In this document: positions 37,563 to 48,359 of the stretch, piece after piece | Numbering within the stretch: the first letter of the stretch is position 1 | How the letters are laid out: every line of letters begins with the position of its first letter | Source of the DNA: an uncultured Rhodopirellula sp. | GTDB lineage: Bacteria; Planctomycetota; Planctomycetia; Pirellulales; Pirellulaceae | Direction: 5' to 3' | Assembly: GCA_964007735.1 (NCBI GenBank) | Contig: CAXGAI010000001.1 | Location: 65,798-129,797, forward strand | DNA length: 64,000 nucleotides | Notes under the pieces: model-generated | What the model was told of the DNA's origin: nothing | The model's database searches: none | What the model saw: only the letters and a program-made list of their open reading frames with translations | Made by a program: the position numbers and the translations under genes

Positions 37563-39863
37563 TTATTGTTCCTGCTCAGGTTCAAATAAAACTGCTTCTT
37601 TAACAATGTTCGTTAGCAGTTGCTGGATATTAAACTCGGATACCTGAAATTGTTCTATTAATTGCTCCCGGAGTGAATCGCCATAGGCATTGATTGGTTG
37701 TTTGACTGCCTGATGGAATAAGTGGTCGACAAATGCTCCATGAGCCTGAGGGCTGATGGTAAGCAACTCTGCAAGTCCGGATGCTCCGGACAATTCGACC
37801 TTCTCTCCTTCCACGGTATTATAGTTGGCAATGGCATTAATGGCTTTACCAACTTCCTGATTTCGATATCGGCCAATAGCATCGAAGTTCTCGAGACTGA
37901 AACCTAGAGGGTTAATGATGTTATGACACCCTGCGCAGGTGGCAGGTTCGGTGATCTGTGTGACTTTTTCGCGCATTGTAAGTTCCTCGCCGAATTCAGT
38001 CTTACCAAGTTCGGTTGCTTGAGGCGGTTCCTTAAGAGTTCTTCCCAACAGTCGCCGCGTAATAAAAACGCCGCGATGAATTGGAGAGCTGTTATCGCGA
38101 TAAGCCAGCATTGAAAGCATATAGGGATGAGTCAAAATTCCGCTGTCGGCGTGTTCGCTTACCGAGCCAGGCTGAAACTCATCACCATTAATGGCTTCGA
38201 CTCCATAGAACTGCGCTAGGTTTTGATTAATAGGAATCGTTGGTGAGTGGAAGAGCCGGCGATAGTCGGAGCTTTCACTCCAAACGACGTCCTGGAAGAA
38301 TAAGCGCAATGACTGTCGAAGGTCCGCTTTAATAGTGTCCGTAAAGTTAGCGTAATGTTGGTCGTCTTTAGAGAACTCGCCCTTTTCATTTAGCTGCAGC
38401 CAGTGCAGGAGGAAGTAATCGAGCTTAGTTTTTGCCCGGCTATTATTTAGCATTCGTTTAATTTGTTGCTCTACTTTTATTGGATCCAATAAGTCTCCTC
38501 GCTCGGCAGCATTTCTCAAAGCGGTATCTGGAACTGAATCCCATAAAGCTAAAGCCAAACGCCCGGCAACCAGATAGCTATCAACTACTGGATCCTCCGG
38601 GTTACGACTCAGTTCCGGGTAGAGAAATAACGGAGACTTCAAGGTAGAGATGATGACGCGTTTGACCGAATCTGATAATTCGAGATCATCCGCGAAGAAG
38701 CTGTCAACGTAGATAGCTTTCTGATCCTCTGTAAGTGGGCGTCGAAACGCATATTCCGCAAACGAGTGACAAAACGCTCGTAGCTTATCATAATGATCAT
38801 CATCTCCGCTTTTGCTTCTTGCCATTTGATCCATCAGTGGCAGGACCTGCTGAGCCACTTCGATAGCCGCGTTGGTTGTTGCTTGATCCCATTCTGCACT
38901 GACCGCAATTCCCCGTTCATAGCCACTGGCGCTATCGTCGGGAGGAAATGGAGTTTGCACGAGAATACCGGTACCGATGGTGTGAGGGTAGAAATTGCGT
39001 TTAGGGATGACCTGTCGAGTTCCTCCCGGCGGCACCCACATAAGACTCATTGAGGCGGTGGGATCTTTGAAACGGAAAGTTTCCAGGCGGAAAAAGTAAG
39101 GCAGACCGCCTTGCAGATAGATTGTGCCTGAATGCTCAGCTTCACTATCTTTGGTAGCAACATATTTGTCGACAAGTCGTGTTTCTCTATCATTAATATA
39201 AAGTCGAATACTGTTTGGACTTTTAACAATGAATTCATAAATGCCACTTTCCTCTGCGATGACGGCACCCTGCCAGCGAATACTGAATTCTTCCTTTTTT
39301 GTAATCTTTTCATGCGGTAGTTTTTGGTCGAAATCAAAATGGATGCTGTCAACGACTTCCTGTCCGATTTGCTTCCCAAACCCACGGGTGTCGTAATAAG
39401 TCGCGTGGATCCCGCGGTCTTCATTCAGTTCGGGTTTACCAAGAAAGGCAGTAAAGATATCGCCAATGGTTTGTTTGTACTGGCGGTTCGTGAGTCGAGC
39501 CAATTCGATTCGGGGAGGTTTTTGGCTGGCTCTAGCTTCAGGCGTATAAAACGTCTCGAAAATATAACGTCCAACCGCCACGGCATTTTCACCCTTACAG
39601 GTATTGGGTTTATCTTCAGGCATTGTTTCGACAATCACCTGAATCAATTCGGGCAGCTTCTTATTACCAAAAAGCGGATTTTCGTTAACCCCAACAACTC
39701 CCTCGCCCCGCATGCCATGGCAGTGGGCACATTGTTTCAGATAGATACGTTTGCCCTGCTCATCGCCGGAGCGTTTACCTGGAGCACCAAAGAGGGAGGA
39801 ACTCAGTAGCGCCAGCACGATTGCCGTACAGGTCGTTATGCACAACGATTTTATGTGAGTCAT
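37563..39863 (-). CDS. DUF1592/DUF1588/DUF1585-type protein with an N-terminal cytochrome c motif and a PA14-like insert
   Basis: Signal peptide and CAHCHG (CxxCH, aa 45-49). PA14-like block at aa ~150-290 ([10 protein letters not shown]...[19 protein letters not shown]...[12 protein letters not shown]...LMWVPPGG). C-terminal [25 protein letters not shown]. Separated by 2 nt from the DUF1552 gene. Confidence 0.82.
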   Translation of the reverse strand: MTHIKSLCITTCTAIVLALLSSSLFGAPGKRSGDEQGKRIYLKQCAHCHGMRGEGVVGVNENPLFGNKKLPELIQVIVETMPEDKPNTCKGENAVAVGRYIFETFYTPEARASQKPPRIELARLTNRQYKQTIGDIFTAFLGKPELNEDRGIHATYYDTRGFGKQIGQEVVDSIHFDFDQKLPHEKITKKEEFSIRWQGAVIAEESGIYEFIVKSPNSIRLYINDRETRLVDKYVATKDSEAEHSGTIYLQGGLPYFFRLETFRFKDPTASMSLMWVPPGGTRQVIPKRNFYPHTIGTGILVQTPFPPDDSASGYERGIAVSAEWDQATTNAAIEVAQQVLPLMDQMARSKSGDDDHYDKLRAFCHSFAEYAFRRPLTEDQKAIYVDSFFADDLELSDSVKRVIISTLKSPLFLYPELSRNPEDPVVDSYLVAGRLALALWDSVPDTALRNAAERGDLLDPIKVEQQIKRMLNNSRAKTKLDYFLLHWLQLNEKGEFSKDDQHYANFTDTIKADLRQSLRLFFQDVVWSESSDYRRLFHSPTIPINQNLAQFYGVEAINGDEFQPGSVSEHADSGILTHPYMLSMLAYRDNSSPIHRGVFITRRLLGRTLKEPPQATELGKTEFGEELTMREKVTQITEPATCAGCHNIINPLGFSLENFDAIGRYRNQEVGKAINAIANYNTVEGEKVELSGASGLAELLTISPQAHGAFVDHLFHQAVKQPINAYGDSLREQLIEQFQVSEFNIQQLLTNIVKEAVLFEPEQEQ

Positions 39864-39871
39864 CTTAGTCG

Positions 39872-41890
39872 CTACTTTACACCCCAGTTTTCGTCAAAAA
39901 AGTTGGCATCTTTAGGGATGCCAGGGAATCGATAAATAGAGTCGTTCGGTTCGGGCTTATTAACCACATCGACGATTGCCCAGTCAGGCAGCATGGGAAC
40001 CTGACGAGCATTATTTAGATAAGCGTATTCGCGGTACGTGAATCCACTGTTGATCACGATATATTTTTCGGGATTGAGTGGGTTTGGGTAGATCATGATT
40101 GGAGCATGGCTTTTTGCATCAAATACTTTTTCACCAATGGAAACCCCCCGCTTGTTCCAGGTGAGCGGTAAACGGGCAAGGATATCAGTAATGACTTTAT
40201 TAGATGAAAAGTCTCCCCAAAGAATCAGATTGTGATTTTCAATATCTTCTTCGGTCACAGCGATGTCCTTTTTTATGCGGGCATGTCCTCGAAAATGTTG
40301 ACGCCAATGTTTAATGGCATGTGTCTGTTCCGAAGCAGTCCATTTACCAATCGCTTCATTGATCGGCTCGCCGGTAGGCGTCACCATTAGAAAGCTGCTG
40401 AGGAACGCGTCGTCGATGGGGCCTTGCAAGCCGTGTTTTTTTTGTAATCCATTTTGAGGTTTGGGGCCTGCTACCCAATTGCCGTCATCCCAATGGACTT
40501 CATAGGACCAACTTCGATCAGATTTGGTTTTGGAAGCTGTTAGTACTTGGTTGTTGATTTCGATCGAGATGTCCTCAGTCATATCAAAAGGCGCCAGCCC
40601 CGCCGCCATATCAAATTTCAACCCTGTCACATCCGAGGCTACGATCACAACGCGGTTGCCTTTGATTTCAGCTTTCACACGAGCCGGTTCCCAGTGTTCT
40701 TTCAGGCCGGTAATGGTTAGCCAGTACTGACGATTGTATTTAAGAGAATGTGTAATTTTGTTAACAATGTGTGGTAGTTTGTCGTTGCCTATGCGAGCTA
40801 GGCTGTACATTTTTTCTTCAATAATAGCCTGTGAATCGGGATGGATTCGGTGACCGGTTTTAGGACCGATGATATGAACAAGACTGATGCCTTCTTTGGC
40901 CAGTGCGATTTCCATTATATCGGCAGCTTGTTTCTGGATATCATCTTCACCGCTATAGGCGATCAGTGGAACGTGTGCCAGATTGATGGCATTGTCATCG
41001 GTGTCATACCAACGCCAAAGTTTTTCTTCCCACCAGTAGGGATGCAGGGTTTCCTTTTGGAAGGATTTTAGAAATTCAGGTGTCTCTGAAAAGCCGGCAC
41101 CGGGTGTGGCTGCAAACCAGCGATCGGCGTAAAGATGAGCGAATTGCCAGCAACCGGCTCCACCCATCGAAAAGCCCCGGACACTAATCAAATCGTTATT
41201 AATACGATATTGTGATTTCACATGCTCCATTGCTTCGAGCACATCGATTTCGCCAGCAAACTTAAAGGCATTGCTATAGCGGCCATATGGATGAAGAACG
41301 ATGGTATCGTTCGGTGAGTAATACCCAACCACCTTGGATTGCTTATCAATAAAATTCGTTTCACTCAAGGTTTCCCCACGACCATGAAACCAGATATCCA
41401 GCCGAACTGCCTTCTCGCCATTGGCCTGATAGTTCTCAGGGATTACTAAGCCATAAGGCTGAGCAGAGCCATCAAGTTCACTACGGTATCCACGAACGAC
41501 GAGCCCTGTTTGACTTAACCAGGGGGCTCTCCCATTGAGTAGCTCTTGTGCCCGTTCTTTCCCATGAGTCAGCGCTGTAAAGGCTTTAACAATGTCCTTG
41601 TCGCTAAAGAACTCCTGATGCTCCAAATTGTCTTTTACAGCGCGATGGTAAATCTCAACATCAGGAAGAAGTGTTAACGCCAGGTCAGCTTTCGAGTTCT
41701 TTAATTTCTCCAGCAGTCCAGCTAGTTCTTCTAAGCCGGTATTGAGACGGGATCGGTCGTCTTCCGAAATTTGAACTCCGACTCGTGGAACCTGTCGTAC
41801 CTTATCAGGGTTGTTGTCACCTTCGCCATCTCCATAAGCAGAGGTTGTAATCATGGAAAGGCTAACAAGAAGAAGGATATGGAGTCTCAT
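39872..41890 (-). CDS. secreted alpha/beta-hydrolase / S9-like serine hydrolase
   Basis: Signal peptide. RLDIWFHGRGE..., the nucleophile elbow VRGFSMGGAGCWQ (GXSXG) and a later SGEDD...GHRIH region. The ~300-aa C-terminal extension has no recognised fold. Confidence 0.68.
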   Translation of the reverse strand: MRLHILLLVSLSMITTSAYGDGEGDNNPDKVRQVPRVGVQISEDDRSRLNTGLEELAGLLEKLKNSKADLALTLLPDVEIYHRAVKDNLEHQEFFSDKDIVKAFTALTHGKERAQELLNGRAPWLSQTGLVVRGYRSELDGSAQPYGLVIPENYQANGEKAVRLDIWFHGRGETLSETNFIDKQSKVVGYYSPNDTIVLHPYGRYSNAFKFAGEIDVLEAMEHVKSQYRINNDLISVRGFSMGGAGCWQFAHLYADRWFAATPGAGFSETPEFLKSFQKETLHPYWWEEKLWRWYDTDDNAINLAHVPLIAYSGEDDIQKQAADIMEIALAKEGISLVHIIGPKTGHRIHPDSQAIIEEKMYSLARIGNDKLPHIVNKITHSLKYNRQYWLTITGLKEHWEPARVKAEIKGNRVVIVASDVTGLKFDMAAGLAPFDMTEDISIEINNQVLTASKTKSDRSWSYEVHWDDGNWVAGPKPQNGLQKKHGLQGPIDDAFLSSFLMVTPTGEPINEAIGKWTASEQTHAIKHWRQHFRGHARIKKDIAVTEEDIENHNLILWGDFSSNKVITDILARLPLTWNKRGVSIGEKVFDAKSHAPIMIYPNPLNPEKYIVINSGFTYREYAYLNNARQVPMLPDWAIVDVVNKPEPNDSIYRFPGIPKDANFFDENWGVK

Positions 41891-41940
41891 AGTGTTTATT
41901 CCAAAGTTGGAGTAGGTAAAGCTTGTGCAAGGGATCTATT

Positions 41941-43332
41941 TTACACAACTTTTCCAGGGTTCATGATGTTACGTGGATCGAGGGCATATTTGATCTGCCG
42001 CATGGTAGCGACAGCGTTGCCGTGTTCTTGTTCGAGCGCTTTGCGTTTACCTAGTCCGATCCCGTGTTCCCCTGTGCAAGTACCTCCGACGGCCAAGGCC
42101 ATGTCGATTAATTGTTGATGATAGCCTGTTACCTCTGCAAGTTCAGCGGGACTCTCCGGATCGAGTGGGAAGACAACGTGAAAATTCCCATCACCGACGT
42201 GACCAAATACCGGCGCGGGAAGCGTCGCATTTCTAACAATCTTTTTTGCTTCCAGAAAGCATGTTGCCAATTCTGAAATAGGTACACAAACGTCGGTCAC
42301 ATAGCCCACGGCATTCTCTCTCAAAGCCATAACGGCATGAAAGGAATCGTAACGAGCTTGCCATAGCCGATCCCGGTCTTGCTGATCAAAGGCCCATTGG
42401 AACTCTAAGCCGCCATATTTTGCCGCGATTTGCTTGGCTTGACGTGTTTGCTCGGCTACGTGGTCTTGGGAACCATGAAATTCGAAGAAGATCGTGGGCT
42501 TAAGTTGATTATTCAGTCCACTGTATCTATTGACGGCATCGATTTGGACTTCATCCAGCAGTTCGATTCGGGCGACAGGGACCCCCGCAGCAAGAATTTC
42601 TATAACGGCATCAACGGCATTTTCAATCGAGTCAAATGGACAGATGGCTGAAGAAATCTGAGCAGGTGTTGGATGTAATTTGACGGTGACTTCTGTGATC
42701 ACTCCCAGTGTACCTTCACTTCCAACAAACAAGTGGACGAGATCGTATCCGGCTGATGACTTTCGAGCCCTTCCGCCAGCCTTAATAATTTCCCCGTTGG
42801 CAAGCACGACGGTTAAAGCCAGTGTGTTATCCCGCATGGTTCCGTATTTTACGGCCGAACTGCCTGAGGCTCGTGTGGCGGCCATACCACCAAGCGATGC
42901 ATTCGCGCCAGGATCGACCGTGAAGACTAAATCGGTGCCCTGATTTTGTAAGGCATCATTGAGTTGATAGCGAGTGACACCGGCTTGCACCGTGGCATCA
43001 GTATCAGTCACATTAACGGCGAGCACCTGATTCATATTCGCCAGATCGATGGACAGCCCACCGTAGATCGCCACGACCCCACCTTCAACCGCCGTTCCCG
43101 TACCAAATGGAATCACAGGAACATAGTGCGCATGGCAGAGCTTGACTGCGGAAGAGACTTCCTCTGTATTCAGCGGATAGATGACTGCCTGAGGTGCCTG
43201 AATGTCATGCCTTGACACATCATGCCCATGCTCTCGTAGCACGTGCTTATCGAGTGATAGACGGTCTCCGAATATTTCCCGGAGTTGGGGTAGAATTGCA
43301 TCAATCGTACTGAAGTTGTTGAGTTTACTCAT
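41941..43332 (-). CDS. FAD-linked oxidase (D-lactate dehydrogenase / GlcD-like)
   Basis: FAD_binding_4-type VIPFGTGTAVEGG... and the C-terminal GGTCTGEHGIGLGKRKAL...DPRNIMNPGKV signature. Confidence 0.9.
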   Translation of the reverse strand: MSKLNNFSTIDAILPQLREIFGDRLSLDKHVLREHGHDVSRHDIQAPQAVIYPLNTEEVSSAVKLCHAHYVPVIPFGTGTAVEGGVVAIYGGLSIDLANMNQVLAVNVTDTDATVQAGVTRYQLNDALQNQGTDLVFTVDPGANASLGGMAATRASGSSAVKYGTMRDNTLALTVVLANGEIIKAGGRARKSSAGYDLVHLFVGSEGTLGVITEVTVKLHPTPAQISSAICPFDSIENAVDAVIEILAAGVPVARIELLDEVQIDAVNRYSGLNNQLKPTIFFEFHGSQDHVAEQTRQAKQIAAKYGGLEFQWAFDQQDRDRLWQARYDSFHAVMALRENAVGYVTDVCVPISELATCFLEAKKIVRNATLPAPVFGHVGDGNFHVVFPLDPESPAELAEVTGYHQQLIDMALAVGGTCTGEHGIGLGKRKALEQEHGNAVATMRQIKYALDPRNIMNPGKVV

Positions 43333-43334
43333 GC

Positions 43335-45167
43335 CTACTGGTTCTCAAGTTTAACTCGTTCCCAGATATCGGGGATGAATTCACGCCAGTTTGCATTCGC
43401 CGGGACTTCAAAGGGGAGCCGGTCAAAGTAATTATCATAGATAAGGATTGCAACTCCGCGGTCTCCCATCGACTCAGCGTTGATCATGCGGGCATATTGG
43501 ATCTGCTGTAACAGCACTTCGTCTGATTCATTCTCATGAAGCCATTCCAGTAGCGTTCGGGCGACTTGATATTGGCCGTGTCTTTGGAATGTTAGAGCGA
43601 GCTCAAGTACTGACGGACTGATATTGCCATACCGCTTTAGCGTTTTATCTAATTCATAACGGGCATACTCAAACTTACCAAAGCCAAGCTGGCGATGCAC
43701 GACGGCCAGACTACCACGCAAATCGAACGGCTCCAGTTCGAATAATTGCATATCACGTCGGGCCCAGTTTTCAAGCCAATTGACACGACGTGAGCCGTTA
43801 CTAAAAAATGCCAGAGGTAATGAGTTCAGATAGTCATTGTAAAGATATAGATAGTCATGTAAATCTAAAGCACGATCAGGAACTACAAGCTTATGTTCAA
43901 TTAACCCATCTAGTACAGCTCTGGCGATCAACTGATGACCGTGTATTGTCGGGTGCACATGGTCAACATACATTTCATAACCAGGGATTTTGTCGGTGCT
44001 GGCATTTTCCAATGCCCTTCGCGCGTCGATCAGAGGGATATTATGTTGGGCAGCAAGTTCCCTTTGAATATTATCCATCTTTTCCGAGAGGCGCAATGGG
44101 CAAATATCGAAGTCTTTGGCTAACAGGTAATGCTGTCGTGCAGTCTGTGATTCTCCGAGTTGCTCTAAAGTTCGTCCTAAACGGAAGTGCAGCAGGGCAT
44201 ACTGATCGGAGATCTCCAGACATTGCTTATACCGGTTTAGGGCTGCTTCCGGTTGACCGGTCAACTCAGTGGCTTGTGCAAAAAGACGAAGGAACTCCTG
44301 CTTGTCTTTGGTCGTCAGATCGGGAGGGAGTTCAGACTTAAATGGTGGGCAATCTCTGAGGTTGGATCCCAAACAAACGAATACTAACGGAATATTGGAG
44401 GAGTTGCATTGTTCAATGATGCGCTGTAGCGATTCTTTATATTGTTGTGTAACCTGTGTTTTCCATTCTGGATCCCAATGATAAGAGGCATAGCCGCTTT
44501 CCTCATCTAAGCGCGCCGTCACGTTCTCTGAAAGTTCCTGTCCGGCGGACTCCCTGAAAGATTCCACGTCCTGCCCAATTAGTGAACGTAGCCAAACCAC
44601 GAGCCTTAGGGATTCGAGTGCACTGCGGACCTCGGCTTGCTGGCTTGCCTGATTGAACGTCCGGTTCTCTAGGAATTCGTTATGTCCGGTTGCCAGCACC
44701 AGAAGATCCGGCTTGTAATTTAGAACTTCCTTGCTAATGTGTTGAAGTCGAAAACTGGCATAGGAAAGTCCTCCACAGTTGACTGATTGATAAACAGTGG
44801 AGTTGATACGGCGGTTTAACTCCAGTTCCACCCACTTAGCAAAAGCGGTGTCGACGGCAAAGGGTCGTCCACGTACGGTGGATCCTCCAAGGAAAAACAT
44901 ACGATAGGTGTCTTTCGGTTTGATTGCCTCAAAGGACTGGTCGCCGAAGTAAAGGGCTCGGTTACGAGTCGTGACATAGGTGGTTTCATCTTTGTTAAGC
45001 GAAAACAGTCGTTGCTGGGCCGAGAAACCGGAGGAGGTATCGACTACCTGCTCCGGAGAAGCAATGTCAAAGGCGCGGAAGATACCTTCGAGTATGGCCA
45101 GAGGCAAGAGACCAACACAAATCGCGAGCAGCGAAAAGAGAATCTTCTTTTTATTCGCTACTAACAA
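43335..45167 (-). CDS. membrane-anchored SGNH/GDSL-like hydrolase with a TPR-like C-terminal half
   Basis: N-terminal TM. FFLGGSTVRG (block I-like), VLATGHNEF (block III-like) and VDHVHPT (block V DxxH). TPR-like helices follow (ALNRYKQCLEISDQYALLHFRLGRTLEQLG...). Confidence 0.62.
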   Translation of the reverse strand: MLVANKKKILFSLLAICVGLLPLAILEGIFRAFDIASPEQVVDTSSGFSAQQRLFSLNKDETTYVTTRNRALYFGDQSFEAIKPKDTYRMFFLGGSTVRGRPFAVDTAFAKWVELELNRRINSTVYQSVNCGGLSYASFRLQHISKEVLNYKPDLLVLATGHNEFLENRTFNQASQQAEVRSALESLRLVVWLRSLIGQDVESFRESAGQELSENVTARLDEESGYASYHWDPEWKTQVTQQYKESLQRIIEQCNSSNIPLVFVCLGSNLRDCPPFKSELPPDLTTKDKQEFLRLFAQATELTGQPEAALNRYKQCLEISDQYALLHFRLGRTLEQLGESQTARQHYLLAKDFDICPLRLSEKMDNIQRELAAQHNIPLIDARRALENASTDKIPGYEMYVDHVHPTIHGHQLIARAVLDGLIEHKLVVPDRALDLHDYLYLYNDYLNSLPLAFFSNGSRRVNWLENWARRDMQLFELEPFDLRGSLAVVHRQLGFGKFEYARYELDKTLKRYGNISPSVLELALTFQRHGQYQVARTLLEWLHENESDEVLLQQIQYARMINAESMGDRGVAILIYDNYFDRLPFEVPANANWREFIPDIWERVKLENQ

Positions 45168-45196
45168 GATATATACTCGATTTAGGAAAGGCCGGA

Positions 45197-46135
45197 TTAT
45201 CCAAAAGACTTGGCAACCGCAGTTTTAACTTTAGCTAAGCCTTCGGTGGCGACTTGAAGTGGATCCTGTTTCCAGTAATCAGGATTAAACAGTTCCAGCG
45301 ATAACATACCCCGGCAGCCGGCTTTATAGACCATCTGCAGAATTTTGGTTACTGGGGCAATCCCATCGCCAACATGGACTCGATGCTTATCTGCGATCGT
45401 TGCTCTGGGTGGATTGGCTGGGTAGTCGTTTACATGGAAGCAATGAATGTGTTGACCATTGAGCATTTTTAATCCTTCAAAGGATGAACCACCTTTATAG
45501 ATGTGGTAAATATCCGGCAGGATACATGCATCAGGGTGGCCAGCTTCGGTGGCCACAAAAGCCAGTTCACCAAGTCGGCTTAGTGTTTTAGAGAATCCCC
45601 ATAGTTCTAGTTGCGGTGTAATACCTTCGTTCCGTCCGACTTCACATAGATCGTAATAACGTTTGGCGGCTGCGAACAAGTCAAACCCTTCGATGTCCGT
45701 GGCACCCACAGGAGGAGCTGCGATTCGCACGCCGCCCAGTTCCTTAAGCAGTCCCATGTCATGTTTAGCGGTTTCCAACCCTTTGGCTCGTTCTTGATCA
45801 TCATTAACAATCCAGCGGGCGAATCCAATAGCACTCACTACTTTGACGTTATTGTCGACCAGTTTCTTCCTAAGGTCCTTAAGACTTCCACCAGCATCTT
45901 TAAAGGCTTGTATATCGCGGATCCACGGCTCAATACCTTCGTAGCCGGCTTTGATCACCAGATCGACTTGCTGATCGAGTGAAAGCTGTTGCCCGCGAAC
46001 ACAACTCGTATTGAAGCAGTAGCCGAAAGGTTTTGTTTGGCCATTGACGGAAGAAGCAGTAACGGCTTGCATGGTTCCGACTGTGGTTAACGCGGCTGCG
46101 GATGTTTGAATTAACTGTCGTCGATTAAGATTCAT
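45197..46135 (-). CDS. sugar phosphate isomerase/epimerase (xylose-isomerase-like TIM barrel) with a Tat signal
   Basis: MNLNRRQLIQTSAAALTTVG leader, then ...GYEGIEPW..., ...HVNDYP... and ...LSLELFN... The ATG at 46135 is preferred over the TTG at 46201. Confidence 0.78.
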   Translation of the reverse strand: MNLNRRQLIQTSAAALTTVGTMQAVTASSVNGQTKPFGYCFNTSCVRGQQLSLDQQVDLVIKAGYEGIEPWIRDIQAFKDAGGSLKDLRKKLVDNNVKVVSAIGFARWIVNDDQERAKGLETAKHDMGLLKELGGVRIAAPPVGATDIEGFDLFAAAKRYYDLCEVGRNEGITPQLELWGFSKTLSRLGELAFVATEAGHPDACILPDIYHIYKGGSSFEGLKMLNGQHIHCFHVNDYPANPPRATIADKHRVHVGDGIAPVTKILQMVYKAGCRGMLSLELFNPDYWKQDPLQVATEGLAKVKTAVAKSFG

Positions 46136-46207
46136 GGCCGAGTGATCCAATGCAAATGAAGTCGAAAGAGTGGTGAGGCAATTATTTTTAGTGCTTCTCA
46201 AATTGGG

Positions 46208-48313
46208 TTATTTAGGGTTTGCCCACCCTTCAAGTGTTTCCTTTTCTAGAATACCCCAATAAAGCCGGAAGTCGGCGATCTTCCCTTTGAGACCATTTGC
46301 CTGACCATAGTCTCCGACAAGTGAACCGCCATCCAGGCCTAACGTAAAGGCATCGGCCGGTGCACTGGTAAGAAAAGTGGCTTTGACATCTGTTTGGATT
46401 TTCTTTCCGTTCACCGCAAAACCCAGTTTGGCGTTTCGGTCGAGAACAGCCACGACATGTGTCCATTCATTCAATTCAATTTCCGGACCAACAGCCGTAA
46501 AGCGTTGACCTTGAGAACGAATCGAGAATGTAAGCTTGCTATCTTTGAGCAGCATCGTATAGCCCAGGGCCTCGCCGCCCTGAGCCGCAATCACACCGTT
46601 TCCATCTGTCGGGTTGATGAATCCACCCAATGTGATTGGCTTGTATTCAGGACTGAACTTCCCTCCACTCGGATTGTGGAAGAGATGCTTGCTCCCATCG
46701 GTTTTCACCGCTGCTCCATAGGGCGACTTCTCAGTGTTTTCAAAATCCCCAAAGCGGAAGCGGCGTACAAGCTGAGTTGGCTGAGCTTTTGCCCGAGCAG
46801 CCCCAAAATTAACAATCGTCCCATCATCCTTGTAGAAGTCCTGTAGCCGCTCAAGTTCTATCTCCAGATCTTTTTTGATACTGGCATATGCGGGATCGTC
46901 GTAAACACTTTTTAATTCATTTGGATCCTCTTTCAGATCAAATAATTCCCACTCCTTGTTTTCATAGAAATTGATCAGTTTATAGCGTTCCGTACGAACG
47001 CCATTGTGTTTGGCAACACTATGGGCTCCGGGGAATTCGTAATAGTGGTAGTAAACACTTTTACGCCAATCCTGAGGGGTCCTACCTTCCAAGACGGGCT
47101 TCATGCTGGCACCCTGCATATCCTCAGGCTGGTCAGCTCCGGCGATTTCTAAGAAAGTTTGAGCGAAGTCAAGGTTCATAACCATGTCAGTATTAACGGT
47201 GCCCGGCTTAACTTTGCCGGGCCAGCGAACCATGAGCGGAGTTCGGAAGGATTCTTCATACATCCATCGCTTATCGTACCAGCCATGCTCACCGAGATAC
47301 CAACCCTGATCCGAGGTGTAGATGACAATGGTGTTTTCAGCCAGACCGGATTCTTCGAGATAGTCCAGGACACGTCCGACGTTTTTATCCACACTGTCGA
47401 TGCATCGTAAATAGTCTTTGACATACCGCTGGTATTTCCAGCGGATCAGGGCATCACCTTTCAGATTTAGTTTGGCAAGCTCAGCATTTTTCTTGTCGTA
47501 AGCTTCATTCCAAACGAGCAGTTGTTCTGGTGTCAGGTTTTTTGGGGGATCCAATTTGAGGTCGTATCGAGTCAGATGTTCCTTAACGGTCATTGCCTGA
47601 TTGCCAGCTGCGGACGTACGGCCCTGGTAATCATCAAACAACGTGATCGGCTCAGGAATCGTTTCGTTGTTGTAGTTGTTAATTTCCTCAGGACCAGGCT
47701 GCCAGTTGCGATGCGGAGCCTTGTGTTGATACATCAGGAAGAACGGCTTGTCAGGGTCACGTCGTTCTTTGAGGTATTCAAGAGTCTGATCGGTAATGAT
47801 TTCTGTGGTGTAACCAATATGATTGACCGGGCCATCAGTGGTTTTCATCGGTGGATTGTAATACGGTCCCTGCCCGATGAGAACGTGATAATAATCAAAC
47901 CCAATAGGCGTACTCTTAAGGTGCCATTTTCCAATCACAGCCGTTTCATAGCCAGCCGTTTGTAATAGCTTAGAAACAGTTTGCTGATTCCCGTTAAACG
48001 TATTGCCGTTTCTGACAAAACCGTTTAAATGGCCGTACTTCCCGGTCAAGACAACAGCCCGTGAAGGACCACAGATAGAGTTGGTTACAAAGGCGCGATC
48101 AAAACGCATGCCTTCGTTCGCGATACGGTCCAGATTCGGCGTCTTATTAACAACGCTGCCATACGCACTGATGGATTGGTATGCATGGTCATCTGAAAAA
48201 ATAAAGAGGATGTTTGGACGAGTGTCTTTATCCTGAGCAAAAGAAGCCTGCCCGATTGAAAAACTAAGAGCCATGGTAGCAAACGTCAGAAGTTGTTTTG
48301 AAAAGCGCATCAT
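46208..48313 (-). CDS. Cys-type sulfatase fused to a C-terminal LamG-like domain
   Basis: Signal peptide ([18 protein letters not shown]...), [11 protein letters not shown] and [14 protein letters not shown] (C-x-P-x-R). The C-terminal ~190 aa ([26 protein letters not shown]...IADFRLYWG) are LamG/ConA-like. Confidence 0.88.
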   Translation of the reverse strand: MMRFSKQLLTFATMALSFSIGQASFAQDKDTRPNILFIFSDDHAYQSISAYGSVVNKTPNLDRIANEGMRFDRAFVTNSICGPSRAVVLTGKYGHLNGFVRNGNTFNGNQQTVSKLLQTAGYETAVIGKWHLKSTPIGFDYYHVLIGQGPYYNPPMKTTDGPVNHIGYTTEIITDQTLEYLKERRDPDKPFFLMYQHKAPHRNWQPGPEEINNYNNETIPEPITLFDDYQGRTSAAGNQAMTVKEHLTRYDLKLDPPKNLTPEQLLVWNEAYDKKNAELAKLNLKGDALIRWKYQRYVKDYLRCIDSVDKNVGRVLDYLEESGLAENTIVIYTSDQGWYLGEHGWYDKRWMYEESFRTPLMVRWPGKVKPGTVNTDMVMNLDFAQTFLEIAGADQPEDMQGASMKPVLEGRTPQDWRKSVYYHYYEFPGAHSVAKHNGVRTERYKLINFYENKEWELFDLKEDPNELKSVYDDPAYASIKKDLEIELERLQDFYKDDGTIVNFGAARAKAQPTQLVRRFRFGDFENTEKSPYGAAVKTDGSKHLFHNPSGGKFSPEYKPITLGGFINPTDGNGVIAAQGGEALGYTMLLKDSKLTFSIRSQGQRFTAVGPEIELNEWTHVVAVLDRNAKLGFAVNGKKIQTDVKATFLTSAPADAFTLGLDGGSLVGDYGQANGLKGKIADFRLYWGILEKETLEGWANPK

Positions 48314-48359
48314 CTTCCTTGGAAGTAAAAAGTTCTCGGTAAGTTGGCCGGAAATATCG

